Assembly: GCA_016748015.1 (NCBI GenBank)
Contig: JAAOMT010000289.1
Span: 62,001 to 126,000, forward strand
Reading direction: 5' to 3'
Source of the DNA: Geosiphon pyriformis uo1
Taxonomy: Eukaryota > Fungi > Glomeromycota
DNA length: 64,000 nt
Position numbers and translations under genes: made by a program. A model generated the notes under the pieces. That model was not told where the DNA came from. It saw nothing but the letters and a program-made list of their open reading frames with translations, and made no database searches. The stretch's first letter is position 1. Each line of letters opens with the position of its first letter. Positions 1-11,219 of this stretch are shown here, piece after piece.

Positions 1-3000
1 AAATAAGGATAGCTGTGTGAAATCTGGAATGGGTTGGAGTTTTTCAGAATGTTGAATATCTGGTGAGGTAGAACCAATAAGAGTTCTTTCAGGAATTTTA
101 ATTACATTTTCTGTGGAGTTGTGGATAAGAATTTTGAAGTGTTTATGAGCTTTGGCCAGTAGGTATAAATTAGCAACATCAGCTAGAGAACAGATTTCAG
201 GATTGGCTTCAAATAACAAGGCTTGATCTTGGATCTTTTAATTCACTTTGAGGATATATTGTCAATAAGAGAGGATGGAGATAACTGTATCAGTGTAGAT
301 AAGTTTTATCTGGTCACTATCTTCTTCTATGAAGTTGATTGGTATATTTCCTCTTCTATTTGATCTAAACCCATTGATTCCTTAGGCCATGAGGCCTAAT
401 TCTTCTTGAATTGTTACTGGAGTTAATTAGAATATTTTGACTAGAGGTAGAAAGATAGCTTGGACAATTTTTTCTTGTGATTCTATTTTGTAGGGTTTGT
501 TTGAATTGTTCTATAGCATTATGATGATGTTTTCTGTATAATTAGCATCAATGATTCTTTCTTTTATGTCGATTCTTTTTTTGGTTAAACTAGATTGAAA
601 GACAATTTGTATCATTGTACTAACAGGAATTTCTAATATTATCTTAAGATCTATTGTTACAAAAAAATGTGGGACTATAACTATAGTTGATTATCTGGAG
701 TATTATAGATCAAAACCAGCATCAGTGTTATGTGCTCTTTTGGTGCAGATTCTTTTCTTGTTGTCACTATACTATTTTAATTCTAATTTTTTGGATAGAT
801 TGGAATATGCAAGATACTGTTCTGTTTTGGTATCCTCAGTTGGATCTTGAAACAATATGTCCTCAGTGATTAATTCTTTTTCTACCTTAGATTCTAGTAG
901 TTTGGTGATTAAGTATAATTTTCTTGGAGGCAGGTTGAACATGATATCACATTCGTTACAGTACTGAAAATGGCAAGAGATTAAACAATAATTGCACAGT
1001 TTTATGTTTAGGTCAGCTAGTCTTTGTTCTTGTTCTTCCCTAGTTAATACCAGATTCTGCTTATAGAAGTATTATAGATTGTCCTCAATATTGCCAAAGA
1101 TGTTAAAAGTCATAATATATTCGGGTTTTGGAAGAGATAAGGAGTTGTTTTTAATTTTCAGTAATTTTTTGGTTGTAATACTCTCTGCTTTTACATTCGC
1201 TATTCTCCAAATCTCATGTTCATTGTGAGGATACTCATCCAATTATTGTAATACTCATTTCCAGACATCGTCGATTGGAGTTTCTTTTTGTACCCAATCA
1301 TTAATCAAGATAGTATATTGACATGCTTTGTTACATGTTTTTCTTCTACTGGGAATATTGTTCTATAGTTTTTTATCTGGCAGAATTTCACTACAGACAA
1401 GGCATGATGTATTGTCCCATTTGCTTTATTGTTTTGGTCTGCCAAATTTTTCCAACACACAAGATCTGCAGTAATGTTTAGTAATAGTTGGCCATTTCTT
1501 GTTATCTCTGATACATGTGCTCATAGAAGATAACTTTTTCCCACAGTCAACACAAATTAATTTTGGAGTTTAATATCATTGACTTCCTTGACTTGGGACA
1601 GAATAGCCTGCAGGTGCCGATTGTAGTTCTTTTTTTGTTTTTCTCTTTCTTTTTTCTTTCCAAGTTGGTGGTGGAGATAACTCTGTTTGAAAATTGTCTG
1701 TCTATGAAACTTGATAAGTTTCTATGATTGGTGGTAATGTTGTGTCTTTGAATTCAATTAGCAGTTCCTCAAAGCTTTGGACTTTAAAGTGTCTGCATAT
1801 AGCCAGGACTTGGGCATGTTGTTTATTAAAGATAATCTGTAATTCCTGTGTGTTTCAGTCAAGAGTGATATAGGCTTTAGCCAACCAGTTGTTTCTGATG
1901 AGAGCTTGATATTGCATGGCTTCCATGACCAGGACTTTCATAGAAATTTAGATTTCATTGATTTTGAAGGAGAAGTTATTAATTTCTCTGATTGGAGTTT
2001 TGGTATTGCCATCTGCAGTAATAATTCAGACAGTTGCAGCATAATCTACTTGGTGACTTAATTGATCCATGAGTTGTTTTATTATTATACTGCCTACTAA
2101 TCCACTATCAAGAATTAATTTAATGTCTATGTTTCTGATTCTAGCATCAGTGTACAGAGCCATGATTGGTTTGTCTTGATTTATGGTGGCTTTACTGAAA
2201 AGGCTATTTGTGTTCAGATTATCAATGTTAAAGAGAAAGATAGCAACAAGGGTAGTATCTTCAGTAATAGTAGTGGGTGGAATAGTATTGTTGGTTTGAT
2301 TTTACCTTAAAAAGTTGAGAGTTTCTCCTATATTCTTCACTTTTAAAGATGTAGAGCTATAAAAATTCTGGTTTTCAATGAAACCAAAATATGAGGCTTG
2401 GTTAGGGTATCCAGTTGGTGCTAATTAAAATGAAGCATTACTAATTTAGGAATTGTAATAATACACTGTTAGTTAGCATCTAATTGTTGCTGGAGTTTTT
2501 CTATTCTTGGTTGTAATTAATTACACAATGTCTAGGTTGGTTATTAATAGGGTTTTAGTACTGAAGTACTGCTTAAACCATTGGCTGCAATAACTGATAG
2601 TAGTTCTGAAGTGGTTGTTAGATATACTAAATTTGTTGTGAGTATTGAGGTGGTTAATATTGAGATATAGAGTATTGGAATACTATGTTTTGACTGTATC
2701 TTGGTTGCTAATATTGATTTTCTTGATTTTGGTCCATTACTTTCTTATGGCAATTTCAGACAATGTGTCTAGATTTCTGGCAATAGTAACAATTATGGGA
2801 ATCAGATCTCCAAGATTGTTGTTGTTGGTATCTGTTGTTATTACTATCCTTTTATTGTGATGGCTGGTAAGGTCTTATAGTACCAGCTAAAAATTCTTCA
2901 ATTTTCTGAGTTAATTTTTTACTTAATTGAGTTATTTTTGTGTCAATATTGAATGTTCTATTGATAGCCAAATTAATGGCTTGAGTATGGATAACTTTTT

Positions 3001-4340
3001 GTTCTGTTGACTCAAAGTTACAAGCAAGAGTAACTGCCTCTTGTAGGTTTGTCAGATGGTGGGATCTTATAGATTGGAGGAGGCTGCTTTTTAATCTTTT
3101 AACAAATTGATTAAAGATTTGCACCATAATATAGTAGTTTCTTTCAATGACCTGAATTTAACAAAAGATTTGGTTGAATCATTTAAGATAAGTGGTCACT
3201 GCTTTATGATTTTTTTGTTTTATAATACTGAACTGATTTTGTAATCTGATGAGAGTGTTGGAGTCACAAAAGTATTGCAGAAAAGCAAGTTTAAAGATAG
3301 CAAAGTCGGTTGGTTTTTCTGTAAGACTTTAATATCATAAGTTTGCAGTTCTGGTCAGAAAGAATAGCAACACTTGAATGGCTCTATTATTATCTCAATT
3401 GTTGGTGGTGATGACTTTCTTGGCTTTCACAATCTATGTATATGTGTTATTTTCTTTACTAGAGAATTTCTCTAATTTAGCAATATCTTGGTAAGCCATG
3501 ATCTGGTGGGTAGGTAGAGTCTTACTGGTTAATGCTGAGGGGTTTGGTGTTTGTGTACTAGGGTGTTTTTTTGGTGCTAATTTTGGTTGTTTCCCTTTGT
3601 TAATTTTCCCAATAGGCTGAAAGATAGCTGTTTTTTTAGAGAAAATAGTTGATGATTTGGTCAAGAGTTGAGTTGGTAGTAGTTCTCACATTGATGTATT
3701 TCCATCTGTTTTATTAATTGTTGGAGTGAGATTTCCAAACAATAATCCATATTCTCCTAATGATTTGGTCCAACTGTGTTAACTCCAGAGGTGTGGATTT
3801 CCAGAAGTTTGTGGTGTTTCCAACTGAATTTCCAGGGGTGCATTAAATACAATTCTACTTTGGAGTATCTGATGGTATAATAGAGTTGTTGGGAAGAGGA
3901 ACCTTGGTTTTTTGTTGATTGTGGACTTGGCTTGAGCAGTTGTGGGGTTGTTGGATTTGTCTTCATATTTCTCAAAGTCAGATTCTACTGGTTGTTGTAC
4001 TTGAAGGAATTATTTTGCCATGTAATATTTAATGTCTGTATCGATTATGTGCAAAGTTTTAGTGATTGCTTGGGTAGTTGTGGCTGTTAAATACCCTAAT
4101 AAGCTTTGATGGATTTGTTCTCCCAGTTTTTCTGTGTTGGTTGTGTGGTCTAATAAGCAGTCAATTTTTGCATTAATATAGTTACAAAAATTACTTTCTG
4201 TATAAGTAGTTTCTATTGGTATTCCTAAGTCTTTTCAAAAGTATTAAAATAATACTCTTCCATATAAGAAGTGGTCTTTTTCTACTGTTTCAATAGTTGC
4301 CACTTTTGTAAATTTCTGAAGTGCTCTGTTTCTATGGATT
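1..4340 (-). pseudogene. Decayed gag-protease-Cys-rich-dUTPase polyprotein of A0
   Basis: Minus-strand remnants of protease IKLILDSGL (~2040-2070), dUTPase DAGFDL (~710-730) and GINGF (~365-380); many stop codons. Confidence 0.85.
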
Positions 4341-4345
4341 TATAA

Positions 4346-4362
4346 TCTTACAAAGAGCACCA
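4346..4362 (-). promoter_or_regulatory. Primer-binding site; TGGTGCTC complements a tRNA ending GAGCACCA, tRNA-Ile(UAU)-like
   Basis: TGG starts 2 nt after the LTR end; same motif at 10767-10783, 57561-57577 and 62645-62661. The tRNA identity is inferred from recalled eukaryotic Ile-UAU 3' ends. Confidence 0.75.
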
Positions 4363-4364
4363 AA

Positions 4365-5357
4365 TATTATGGGTAAACTTGATGAGGTAGAGAAATAATA
4401 ATGTTTGGTGTTCTTAAGTATTGGTAATATATGTTTCACATAATTTTAGTGGCTTACTCTTTAATTATCAGTCTCTAAAAGTCTTATTTTACTGGTTGTA
4501 AATTTATCCATTGAGTTTTTTGGTTATAAGGCACAGAGTTTTGGTTCTCACTGATTACAACTTCTTATAAAGATAAACTTTTTTTTCTGAACTAACGAGC
4601 ACAATTATTAGGATTTGGTGTTGTCTTTTTACCTTTTTGGTAAGCTATCAAGATAACATTAATATTTAAACACCTAGGAGGAGCTTTTTTCTTTTACTAG
4701 GCTATCACAAAGTTTATTCCCAGACAGTCAATTTTACTATGTTGCCATTTCATAAAAGAAAAATAAAAAAATAAAAATAAAAAAAAATAAAAAATAAAAA
4801 ATAAAAAATAGATAAATTAGTATTGTCAATTGTCATAATCAAAAGCAATTGGTTCTGAAATAAAGATACAAAACAATAGTTAATTTATGTAAATTCCACA
4901 AAGTTTGAGAACATGAATTTATAATTCTGATTTCTTAATAATTGATTTATTTCAGAAGATAAATATGGGATATAATAAATAATAAAGAAGTATGGATATT
5001 TGATTTTTGTTTAGTGGTTCATATTTAAATGTCTTTTTACTTTCCTTAACTACTCATTTTTATACATTCTTTTGGTTTTACAGAATTGCTTTCTGATTGT
5101 TCTATTATTGCTAACTATTGCTTTGCTATTTCTGTAATTGCTTTGTTCTTCTACATTAGTATTAGTTATCCTATATTATAATATGTTATCTGGTATTATT
5201 ACATATTATTCTGTATTATTCTATATTATAACACGTTATTCTGCATTATCCTCCATTATAATGTATTATCCAATGTTATTGTATACTATTCTGTGTTATG
5301 TCACATTTTGGTCATGTTTCTTTATAACTTTGGATCAGTTTTTCTACTTGAGTAATA
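4365..5357 (-). repeat. 5' LTR of A0
   Basis: Decayed TGTTA...TAACA termini (TATTAT...GTAATA); homologous to 48482-49544 and 57580-58642. Confidence 0.9.
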
Positions 5358-5859
5358 CTGTGATTAAAAGCTATTGTTTTCATGTGGTTAAGTATCAGCA
5401 ACTATCAACATGAAGTATTAATAGTCAGAGTTTAATGAATATTTTTTAATCAAATGATAACAACATAAATTAGATGTGGATAAGTATTTTATTAATATTT
5501 TAATGATTTCACTTTAGTAAATATGAACTATTTGTGAAGTGATTAGTAAATAAAGAGAAAGAAAAATTCCAAACTAATAAGTCTTTTATAATTATTCTTT
5601 TTTCTGCTTTTAATGTTCTTGCTATATATACATAATTTAGGTTCTATAAGATTGCTCACATTCTCGAGCAATGTGCTATAATTTCTTGAACAATGTGCCC
5701 TAATTTTCTAATATTGCTCTACATTGCTGAGCAATATGCTGGAATTTCTAATATTGCTCTACATTGCTGAACAATATGTTTACATGCTAACTACTACTCT
5801 CCTATTGGTCTATCTGTTTTCCTACTATTTTTTTTTATACGTTTTTTTTATAAGTAACA
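5358..5859 (-). repeat. Partial 3' LTR of C
   Basis: Ends TAAGTAACA next to the PPT complement TTATTTCCTTCTTTT; matches 12311-12678. Confidence 0.85.
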
Positions 5860-5871
5860 TTATTTCCTTCT

Positions 5872-6502
5872 TTTAATATTGAGCTCTGTCAAAATCTTTA
5901 CTTTAAATTAAGTCTAATACTTTTTTTTCTAATACTGTTTGTTCAACTTTGTTTTTTATATCTTTGATTTGTGCATTGTTTATTCTTTTCTATTGGTTAA
6001 TAGTGATTGTCTCTATGTTGGGATGTAACAATATTTTTGGGTAATTTTGAAATATCATATGTAGTTAATAGATTGTTTTAATGTGCAGTGATAGATTTGT
6101 CTTCTTTCCAATAATATTTTTAATATTCTGTATTATTTCTTGATTAAATATTCTTTTGGTTTTATCAAGATATAATTTCTGAATGTTCGACTTTTGTCCC
6201 AATTGATAGTAACAGTATGATATTAGAAGTTGTTCTGTCCATTATTTTTAATTATCTTTCAAAAATTCTTCTGTTGAAACCATAATGAGTATTTTTCCAA
6301 AAGTGTTCTTTACTTTCTCTACTATTTTATCTGACCAGTTTCTTGATTGTTTTTGTGATCACTAATATGATGTACTTTTTCCTTTTTGTTTAGTGTTTTG
6401 ATAACAGATTGTTTGGTAGTTGATGACAATTTCCATGTTTAATTGCTGTTGACTTAAGGCCTGAAACAATTGTTAAGCTAAGATGTGAATATAATCTGGT
6501 AT
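5872..6502 (-). pseudogene. Accessory ORF3 of C (unknown function), decayed
   Basis: Manual translation PDYIHILA*QLFQALSQQQLNMEIVIN ... YYQLGQK ... IFQNYPKILL aligns with ORF3 of A1, A2, B and D. Confidence 0.7.
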
Positions 6503-6539
6503 TTCTATTTTCTTTGTTGTTTTTGTCGTGTATACTATG

Positions 6540-6550
6540 CTTTTATATAC
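6540..6550 (-). promoter_or_regulatory. TATA box (GTATATAAAAG) upstream of ORF3 of C
   Basis: Canonical TATA between the integrase end and ORF3 start; equivalent motifs at the same spacing in A1, A2 and D. Confidence 0.5.
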
Positions 6551-6559
6551 TCTTTTGGT

Positions 6560-7945
6560 TATTCAATTTGACATGTTTGGTTCAATAATTACAATTGATT
6601 CCAGATTTCATAGAATCTCATCTGGTTAAACTAATATTCATTGTACTACCAGTTGTGAAATATTATTGGTGAATGACAATACTATATGGTGATATGATTT
6701 TAGTCAATTACCATATGCTGCTTTGGCTAAAATTTTATTGTTTTATCTTAATTTATAAGCTCTATTTCCTAGAATCTTTTCTATGTAAAATGGTTCATTT
6801 TATTTAAAGTCAAATTTTCTATTTCATTGTTTTTCTACTTTGGTATGATGTAAAAGTACTTTGTCTCCAATCTTGAATTCAACTGGTTTATCTAATAGTT
6901 GGTTATCATGTCTTTCTTTCTGTTTTTCTTGTGACTTTTGAATATTATCAGCTGCTCTTTACCATTTGTTTTCTAATGTTTCCATTAAGTTATATGTTTT
7001 TTTCAACAATGTTTCTTGGAAATTATCTTTTGTTATTGGTTTAGTTAGATATATGTTGACTTCTGTCTCCACTAATAATGTTGCTGTTCTACTATATACT
7101 AATTCAAATAGTGTTGCTTGTGTGATGTCTTGCTTTATTTTCTAATAAGCAAATAATACTGATGGTATAAACAAATCTCATTTGTCTTAATTTTCTTGGC
7201 TGATTTTGGCAATTGCTTCACACAATGTTCTATTGAATCTTTTGACTAATCCATTGGTTTGTAGATGATATAGTGATGATAATAGTTTTTTGATTCTAAA
7301 TTTTTGACTTAATTCTGCTAATGTTCTATTCACAAAGTGGGTTTCTTAGTCAAATAGTAAATTTTTTGTGCATCTATGTCAACAAATCAAATCTTGATAA
7401 GTGAATTCGGCAATGGATTCTGCATTTGCTCTTTGAATGGCTTTTGCTTCTGGCCATTTAGTAAGATAATCCATGGCTATTGCTATATATCTGTTTTTTC
7501 TGCTGGTTATTGTTAATAATCTGACTAAGTTGATTCCAATGTAATCAAATATTTGTCCTACTTTGATTGGTCTCAATGGCTTATTGAATTTTGTTCCTCT
7601 TTTTCTCTGACAAACATCCCAATTTTGAATATATTGAATAATGTTTGGATACATAGATGGCTAATAGTATCTTTTTCTGATTTTTTCTATGGTTGCTTTT
7701 TTATGGAAATGTCCTGCTGTTGGATCTAAATACATATTGAATAGTATTGTTTCTTTCTCTGATTCTGTGATTACTTTAAGTGATTGGTCTGGATCCTTTC
7801 TGTTTTTTCAATATAATATATTTTAGTAAGTGATAAAGTATTTGGATTGTTGTTTTATGTTGTTCCATTTCTTTAGAGATAATTTCTCCTTAAACTATTG
7901 GGTATTAATATAGTGTTGAAGTTGTTGATATTTTTGTGTATTTAT
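6560..7945 (-). pseudogene. Integrase of C
   Basis: IGINLV...AMDYLTKWPEAKAI core (7379-7654); GPF/Y-type C-terminus near 6760-6880. Confidence 0.88.
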
Positions 7946-9150
7946 TTTTTGTTATATTTTTGGATTGAAATGTTTTTAGATTTGTCTTATCTGCGACAAA
8001 CTGTCAGTATTTCTGTTTTCTTTTCCCTTTTTGTAATGTACTGTATAATTAAATAATGAAAGTTTTATTTTCTATTTAGCATGTCAATCATTTCCAAATT
8101 CTTGCTTTTGAATTGAAATTAATCTTTTATGGTCAATATATATGTCAAATTTTTGGCTTAAGTATTTCTTCTATTTTATGACTGTTCAATAGATTGCTAA
8201 GTGTTTTAGTGCTAAAGTTCCATAGTTTTTTTCAGTTGAACTTAAGCTGCAATTAGCATATGCTATTGGGTGTTTTCTTCCATCTGGTCTTTTTTAAAAT
8301 AGTACAGCTTCTAATGCTTAATCTGATGCATTAGTTGTGATTATGAATGACTTGCTATGATCTGAATAGATCAGTACTAGAGCTTGAATAAGCTTTCTTT
8401 TTAATGTTATTACAGATAAACCTGGTAGGGTATGGTGATAACATTTGGTGCTTTAATTTAGTATTCTAAAGTTGTATGTTTTTCATAGAGTTGATATTTA
8501 TCAGTCTCTGAAGGTTTTTTCTGGATGAGAATTTACCTATTGAGTTCTTTGGTTATAAGACACAGAGTTTTGGTTTTTGCTGATTGCAACTTCTTATAAT
8601 GGTGAGCTTTCTTCTCCAAGCTAACAAGCACAATTGTTAAGGTCTAGTATTGTTTTTTTGCCTTTCTGGTAAGCTATCAAGATAACGTTAATATCCAAAA
8701 ACCTAAGGGAAGCTTTCCTCTTTTACTAGGCTATCACAAAGTCTATTTCCAGACAGTCAATTTTTCTATGTTGTCATTCCACAAGAGAAAAATAAAGAAA
8801 ATAAAAGAAAATAAAAGAAAATAAAAAAATAAAGAAAAGAAAATAAAAAATAAGTGTCTTGTTAATAGCCATAATCAAGAGCTATTGTGCCAACAGGTTA
8901 AATAGTGGATAATAACATGAATTTGAAGAATTGAAGAGATATTTTATTAATATAATTATATTTCAGTTAATAGCAACTATTCTTGAAAAGAGAAGTATTT
9001 AATAATTATGGCTTGTGAGTCTAATTGACTTCTGAAAGTTTAATTTTCTCCCTAGATGTCTTTTTAATTTCTATAGCTACTCATTTTTATACATTTTTTT
9101 TGTTCTACAGAATTGTTTTCAATTGCTTCACTATTGCTAACTATTGTTTT

Positions 9151-9430
9151 ATTATTGCTAGCTATTGCTTGTTATTGCTAATTATTGCTCATTATTGTTA
9201 GCTATTGCTCGTTATTGCTAACTATTGCTTATTATTGCTAGTTATTGCTCATTATTGCTAGTTATTGCTCATTATTGCTAGCTATTGTTTATTATTGCTA
9301 GCTATTGCTCATTATTGCTAACTATTGCTTATTATTGCTAGCTATTGTTTATTATTGCTAGCTATTGTTTATTATTGTTAGCTATTGCTCATTATTGCTA
9401 GCTATTGCTTGTTATTACTAGTTATTGCTT
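9151..9430. repeat. U3 minisatellite, 14 x 20 bp (RTTATTGCTAGCTATTGCTY), in the 3' LTR of N
   Basis: Direct count; 7 units in the partner LTR (11518-11657); related array at ~36212-36375. Confidence 0.95.
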
Positions 9431-10179
9431 GTGTTTGTTCTATGTTACTTCAAGTTGTAATGTGTTTTTCTTGTCACATTTCTTTGTTATGTTTTCCTAT
9501 AGCTTTTTTTGGTTTTTTTTCTACTCAGATAATATTATCTCTCTCTTTTAGAATTGAGCTTTTGTGAAATCTTCTAAATTTCTCTTTTGTTTCAATGTTG
9601 TTGCCATAATTTCTATTGCTATTTTTAAATCTATTTTGGTATGTAAATGGTGTTTTTAAACTATAAGAGTTTGTCCAAAATATCTAATTTCAAATTCTGC
9701 ATTTATATTATGTGCACATTCAGCCATAATGCCCTTATTATTATCATTGAATTGAGTTAATTCCTGCTCTATTGTAAGATCTAGAAGCATGATATATTGT
9801 TTGGTGTTTGAAACAGAGTTTGAATTATTGTTGTTATTGTTGGTGGAGTTTGAATTATTGTTATTGTCATCAACAAAGTTTGAATTGGAATTAAGTTCCG
9901 ATTTTGATTTTTGCTAATTGGCTTGTCTTTCTTGGAGTTTGAATATATGACATGTGGAAGTGAATTGTAATTCAGGGCCATCAAGTGAGTTTTGATAATT
10001 TGTTGATCAATTTTGGTATTGTTGATTCTCAAATTTTTTTTTCTTCTCTAAGTCTTTTTCGTATTGACACTTTCTCAGCACTGACTTTTGGCACTAAAGA
10101 AGGCAGTCTTCACACAGATAAGTATGAATCTGAGTAGTTTTTTTTCTGGAATTCTTCCAATGAGTTTTTAAATAATTGA

Positions 10180-10660
10180 AGTTTTGAATTTTTAGAGGTT
10201 TGATGGGTTTTATCTAAGATAAGTTTTCTTGTACAATAGCAGAATTAGACTTATCAGGTTTTGAATGTTCGGGTTTTGAATAATTGAGTCTTGAATAATT
10301 GGAATTTTAACTTTAATGAGTTTTACCAAAGATAAGTTTCTTTTTACACTAGCAGAGTTAGAATTTATTAAGTTTTGAATGTTTCGGTTTTAAACTATTG
10401 GGTCTTAAAGAATTGGAGTTTTAACAAATTTTATCAAAGGTAAGTTTCTTTATATAATAATGGGATTGGAATTATTGGGTTTCAAATAATTTTTGGAGTT
10501 TTTAATTTTAATGAGTTTTTAAACAATCAGATCTTAAATAATTGGAGTTTTAATTTAATGAGTTTTACAAGTTTTATCAAAAATAAGTTTCGAATGTTTG
10601 GGGTTTTAATGATTGGATTTTGAATAATCGAAGTTTTAATTTAACAAGTTTTTCGAAAGA
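10180..10660. repeat. Degenerate ~110-bp tandem repeat in the leader of N
   Basis: TTTTAYCAAAGATAAGTTT-like block recurs at ~10209, 10321, 10429 and 10572. Confidence 0.75.
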
Positions 10661-11179
10661 AATACTAAAATAAGGATTTTGCAAATTCTAAATAATTTTT
10701 TCCTTGTTTTCTCTTGGTCTTTCACTTTTGTGAATTTTTGGGGATTTGGTCTCTGTAAATTTATAACCTTACAGGGAGCACCAAATGTTATGGGTAAACT
10801 TGGTGAAGTATGGTGATAACATTTGGTGCTCTAATTTAATATTCTAGAGTTGTATGTTTTTTACAGAGTTAATGTTTATTAGTCTCTGAAGATCTTTTCT
10901 GAATGAGAATTTATCTGTTGAGTTCTTTGGTTATAAGGCACAGAGTTTTGGTTTTTGCTGATTGCAACTTCTTATAATGGTGAGCTTTTTTCTCTAAGTT
11001 AATAAGTACAATCATTAGGGTCCAGCATTGTCTTTTTGCTCTTTTGGTAAGCTATCAAGATAATGTTAATATTTAAAAACCTAAGGGAAGCTTCTCTTTT
11101 TTACCAAGCTATTACAAAATCTATTTCCAAACAGTCGATTTTTCTATGTTGTTACTCCACAAGAAAAAAAAAAATAAAA

Positions 11180-11219
<40 letters not shown>

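Larger units (their letters stand above)
1..5357 (-). mobile_element. Ty3/Gypsy LTR retrotransposon A0: 5' part only (5' LTR, PBS, gag, protease, Cys-rich region, dUTPase); continues off the left edge
   Basis: LTR 4365-5357 is followed on the minus strand by PBS TGGTGCTCTT. Decayed gag ORFs at 2852-3127 and 3434-3664. Colinear with A2 (53.3-58.6 kb). Confidence 0.9.

Noticed and set aside
9151-9430. Regular short repeats resembling a CRISPR array
   Set aside because: Head-to-tail units with no unique spacers, inside an LTR of a eukaryotic genome, and no cas genes.
10767-10783. tRNA gene suggested by GAGCACCA
   Set aside because: Only the PBS-length complement is present, with no cloverleaf or A/B boxes.
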